Positions 37,945-39,991 of a stretch of DNA of 39,991 nt are shown one piece after another; position 1 is the first letter of the stretch, and each line of letters opens with the position of its first letter. The stretch lies in assembly GCA_048938895.1 (NCBI GenBank), contig JBHLLU010000037.1:1-39991 (forward strand), given 5' to 3'. Source of the DNA: Promethearchaeota archaeon (GTDB taxonomy: Archaea > Asgardarchaeota > Lokiarchaeia > Sigyniarchaeales > SOKP01). The notes beneath the pieces were generated by a model. The model searched no databases, was not told where the DNA came from, and saw only the letters and a program-made list of their open reading frames with translations. The position numbers and the translations under genes were made by a program.

Positions 37945-38478
37945 ATGAATCTTTGGAAAGATATACCCTCTGGGGATGAACCCCCTCTTATTTTAAATGC
38001 GGTAATTGAAGTTGTAAGTGGATCTAGAGATAAGTATGAATATAAACCAGAATGGGAAGCTTTTGTGTTAGATCGAATCATCCCCTCCTCGGTTATTTTC
38101 CCTGTAGAATATGGATTTGTACCTCAGACATTGTCTGATGATAATGATCCTCTGGACATAATGATACTAAGTTATGAACCACTAGAAGTGGGGTGTGTTG
38201 TAAAAGTACGTTTGATAGGTGCTTTAATTATTGAAGATGAGCACGGTGACGACCCTAAAATTCTCTCAGTTCTAGTTAATGATTCAAGGTTTAGTGGCTA
38301 TAATGATATCCAAGATATCCATCAGCATAGATTGAAGGAAATACAGGAATTCTATGAAACTTATAAAAGATTAGAACCACATAAATGGGTTAAATTTAAA
38401 GAATGGAGAAATATGAAAGATACAATTGAAATTGTGGACTATTCCTTAGATCTATTTAGAAAATTGAATATTAAATAA
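37945..38478 (+). CDS. ppa: Inorganic pyrophosphatase (family I)
   Basis: KYEY, LDR, YGFVPQTLSDDNDPLD, DPKIL and YKRLE motifs. Confidence 0.96.
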   Translation: MNLWKDIPSGDEPPLILNAVIEVVSGSRDKYEYKPEWEAFVLDRIIPSSVIFPVEYGFVPQTLSDDNDPLDIMILSYEPLEVGCVVKVRLIGALIIEDEHGDDPKILSVLVNDSRFSGYNDIQDIHQHRLKEIQEFYETYKRLEPHKWVKFKEWRNMKDTIEIVDYSLDLFRKLNIK

Positions 38479-38660
38479 AGAATTAAAGATCTTTTTTGGC
38501 TAATTCTAAAGATCAAACCAGTATCTAGTAGAAATAAATTCAAGCTTTTGATAATTATGGTCTATATATAAAAGATATAAATAATGGTTTTAACAATATT
38601 GAGTTAAAGAGTTTGTGAATAAATTTAATATTCTGAAACTGCAAGAATTTGTTGATGTAA

Positions 38661-39242
38661 ATGACTGAAAAAGAAAATAATCCTCGTTATATATTCAAAA
38701 TCTGCTTAATTGGTAGTGGTGGTGTAGGAAAAACTTGCATGGCACGTAGATTATGTTTTAACACATTTAACTCACAAACTCAATTAACAGTGGGTATAGA
38801 TTTTTATACCTATGACATTCCTGTTGTTGTTAAAAGTGAGGAGACTTTTGTACGTCTTTCAATTTGGGATTTTGGAGGACAAGAGCAGTTTAAAACATTA
38901 TTTGGATATTATATCAACGGAGCAAATGGAATATTTCTTGTTTTTGATCTATTAAACTTGGAATCTCTTACCAGATTGGACTGGTGGTATGGTAATTTAA
39001 AAGACTATAATCTACAAGACCGACCGAAAATTCTTGTAGGAACAAAACATGACTTAATTCAAGGAGATAATAAAAAAGATAAGGTAGATCAATACATAAT
39101 AGAACAGTTCCTCCAAAACCATGATGAAAAAGATTTTGTAAAGACTTCCTCAAAGGAAAATCAAAATATTCTTTATAGTTTTAAAGAAATGACGAAAAAA
39201 ATCATGCAATCCCATAATCTGGATTATGATAAGTTTCCTTAA
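38661..39242 (+). CDS. Rab-like small GTPase (Asgard eukaryotic signature protein)
   Basis: FKICLIGSGGVGKT, TVGIDF, IWDFGGQEQF, GTKHD and TSSK. No C-terminal prenylation Cys. Confidence 0.9.
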   Translation: MTEKENNPRYIFKICLIGSGGVGKTCMARRLCFNTFNSQTQLTVGIDFYTYDIPVVVKSEETFVRLSIWDFGGQEQFKTLFGYYINGANGIFLVFDLLNLESLTRLDWWYGNLKDYNLQDRPKILVGTKHDLIQGDNKKDKVDQYIIEQFLQNHDEKDFVKTSSKENQNILYSFKEMTKKIMQSHNLDYDKFP

Positions 39243-39338
39243 TAAGGTATAAATATTAAAAATTTAAACCCCTTTACCTTTTTTATATTAGGAATTATAA
39301 ATTTTACATAGTTAACTATTCTTTTTTGAGAGAAAATA

Positions 39339-39991
39339 GTGGTCCGCCCACAAACAGAGAAAAATATATGCCTTCGGTGTAAAGGAGGAAGGTTGTTATG
39401 TGGAAAAAAGATTTGTCCAATTTTATTAAAGAAATCAGTCTTAAAATCAATGGTTCCTTTTGAAATTGACAAAACCCAAAGAAATGTAGAGATTTTTGGG
39501 GCGAGTCCTCCTGGTTTTTTTGTCGGACATTTCAGTTACCCTAATGTGTATTTAGGACCATTAATACCATATCAAGAATTTGAAACAGGACTTGATATCT
39601 CAGATTATCATATTCTTGATGCTCCAGAATTGTGGTTTGGTAAAAAAATGGTTGACATAATAAGGTATCGAAGTAGCTTAGTCAGAAGCAATTTTAAAAC
39701 CAATGTGTTTATTGGACGAAAAAGCCCAAAAAACACCCTCTCATTAAAAATCCAAAGACTTTTAGAAACATCACAAGAATTATCAATGGCGGCAAGACCA
39801 GTTGATACGGAAACAAAGCTGAATAAAATGAACCTACGAATGATGATGGATAATCATGCATTGCCCATGGGTCCGTCTGGTATGACTGAGAAAATTACAA
39901 TAACAGAAAATACAAAAGTGCATCCTCAAGTCGATTATTGTGTATCTGATACGGATTTGAATGCTGCTGAAGCAGTATCAGAACATCTTTA
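39339..39991 (+). CDS. nreA: Nre family DNA repair protein (partial, runs off window end; not in ORF track)
   Basis: GTG start 39339. CLRCKGGRLLCGKKICP Zn motif, GASPPGFFVG, YPNVYLGPL, DAPELW and PMGPSG. Confidence 0.85.
   Translation, partial: MVRPQTEKNICLRCKGGRLLCGKKICPILLKKSVLKSMVPFEIDKTQRNVEIFGASPPGFFVGHFSYPNVYLGPLIPYQEFETGLDISDYHILDAPELWFGKKMVDIIRYRSSLVRSNFKTNVFIGRKSPKNTLSLKIQRLLETSQELSMAARPVDTETKLNKMNLRMMMDNHALPMGPSGMTEKITITENTKVHPQVDYCVSDTDLNAAEAVSEHL

Noticed and set aside
2341-39472. Many short antisense or overlapping ORFs in the track (e.g. 2341-2604, 9750-10070, 20487-20900, 29908-30369, 31052-31381, 39239-39472)
   Set aside because: They are shadows of well-supported genes on the other strand and carry no motifs. 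39239-39472 is antisense to nreA.

Overview
This is a very AT-rich, gene-dense archaeal window, most consistent with an Asgard archaeon of the Lokiarchaeia type. The basis is a Rab-like small GTPase, PAN, TFB, AfpA, NreA, two moeA genes and low GC; the assignment is inferred and was not database-checked. Main contents: (1) a tandem-CotH kinase / VTC-domain / DUF4956 operon; (2) two tandem iscU genes and a distant iscS; (3) a beta-CASP nuclease with a novel duplicated N-terminal domain, preceded by an unannotated 45-aa Asp/Trp-rich microprotein that is divergent from PAN; (4) tfb, mobA, a methyltransferase-ATP-grasp fusion, transporters, afpA and an atypical kinase; (5) a coupled pair of long coiled-coil + winged-helix paralogs; (6) a tungstate/molybdopterin cluster (tupABC, moaCADE, moeA x2, moaB x2, and a sulfite-oxidase-family enzyme fused to a heme-b-like membrane domain) with two ModE-like boxes; (7) FTR1, MoxR-vWA, ppa, the Rab-like GTPase and a truncated nreA. 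The most notable observations are apparent non-canonical start codons (ACG, ATT, possibly GTT and ATA) at the window's own SD spacing, the possible polyphosphate-fed extracellular kinase system, the Sem1/DSS1-like microprotein, the coiled-coil/wH pair and two structured intergenic RNA candidates. I saw no rRNA, tRNA, CRISPR array or transposase.
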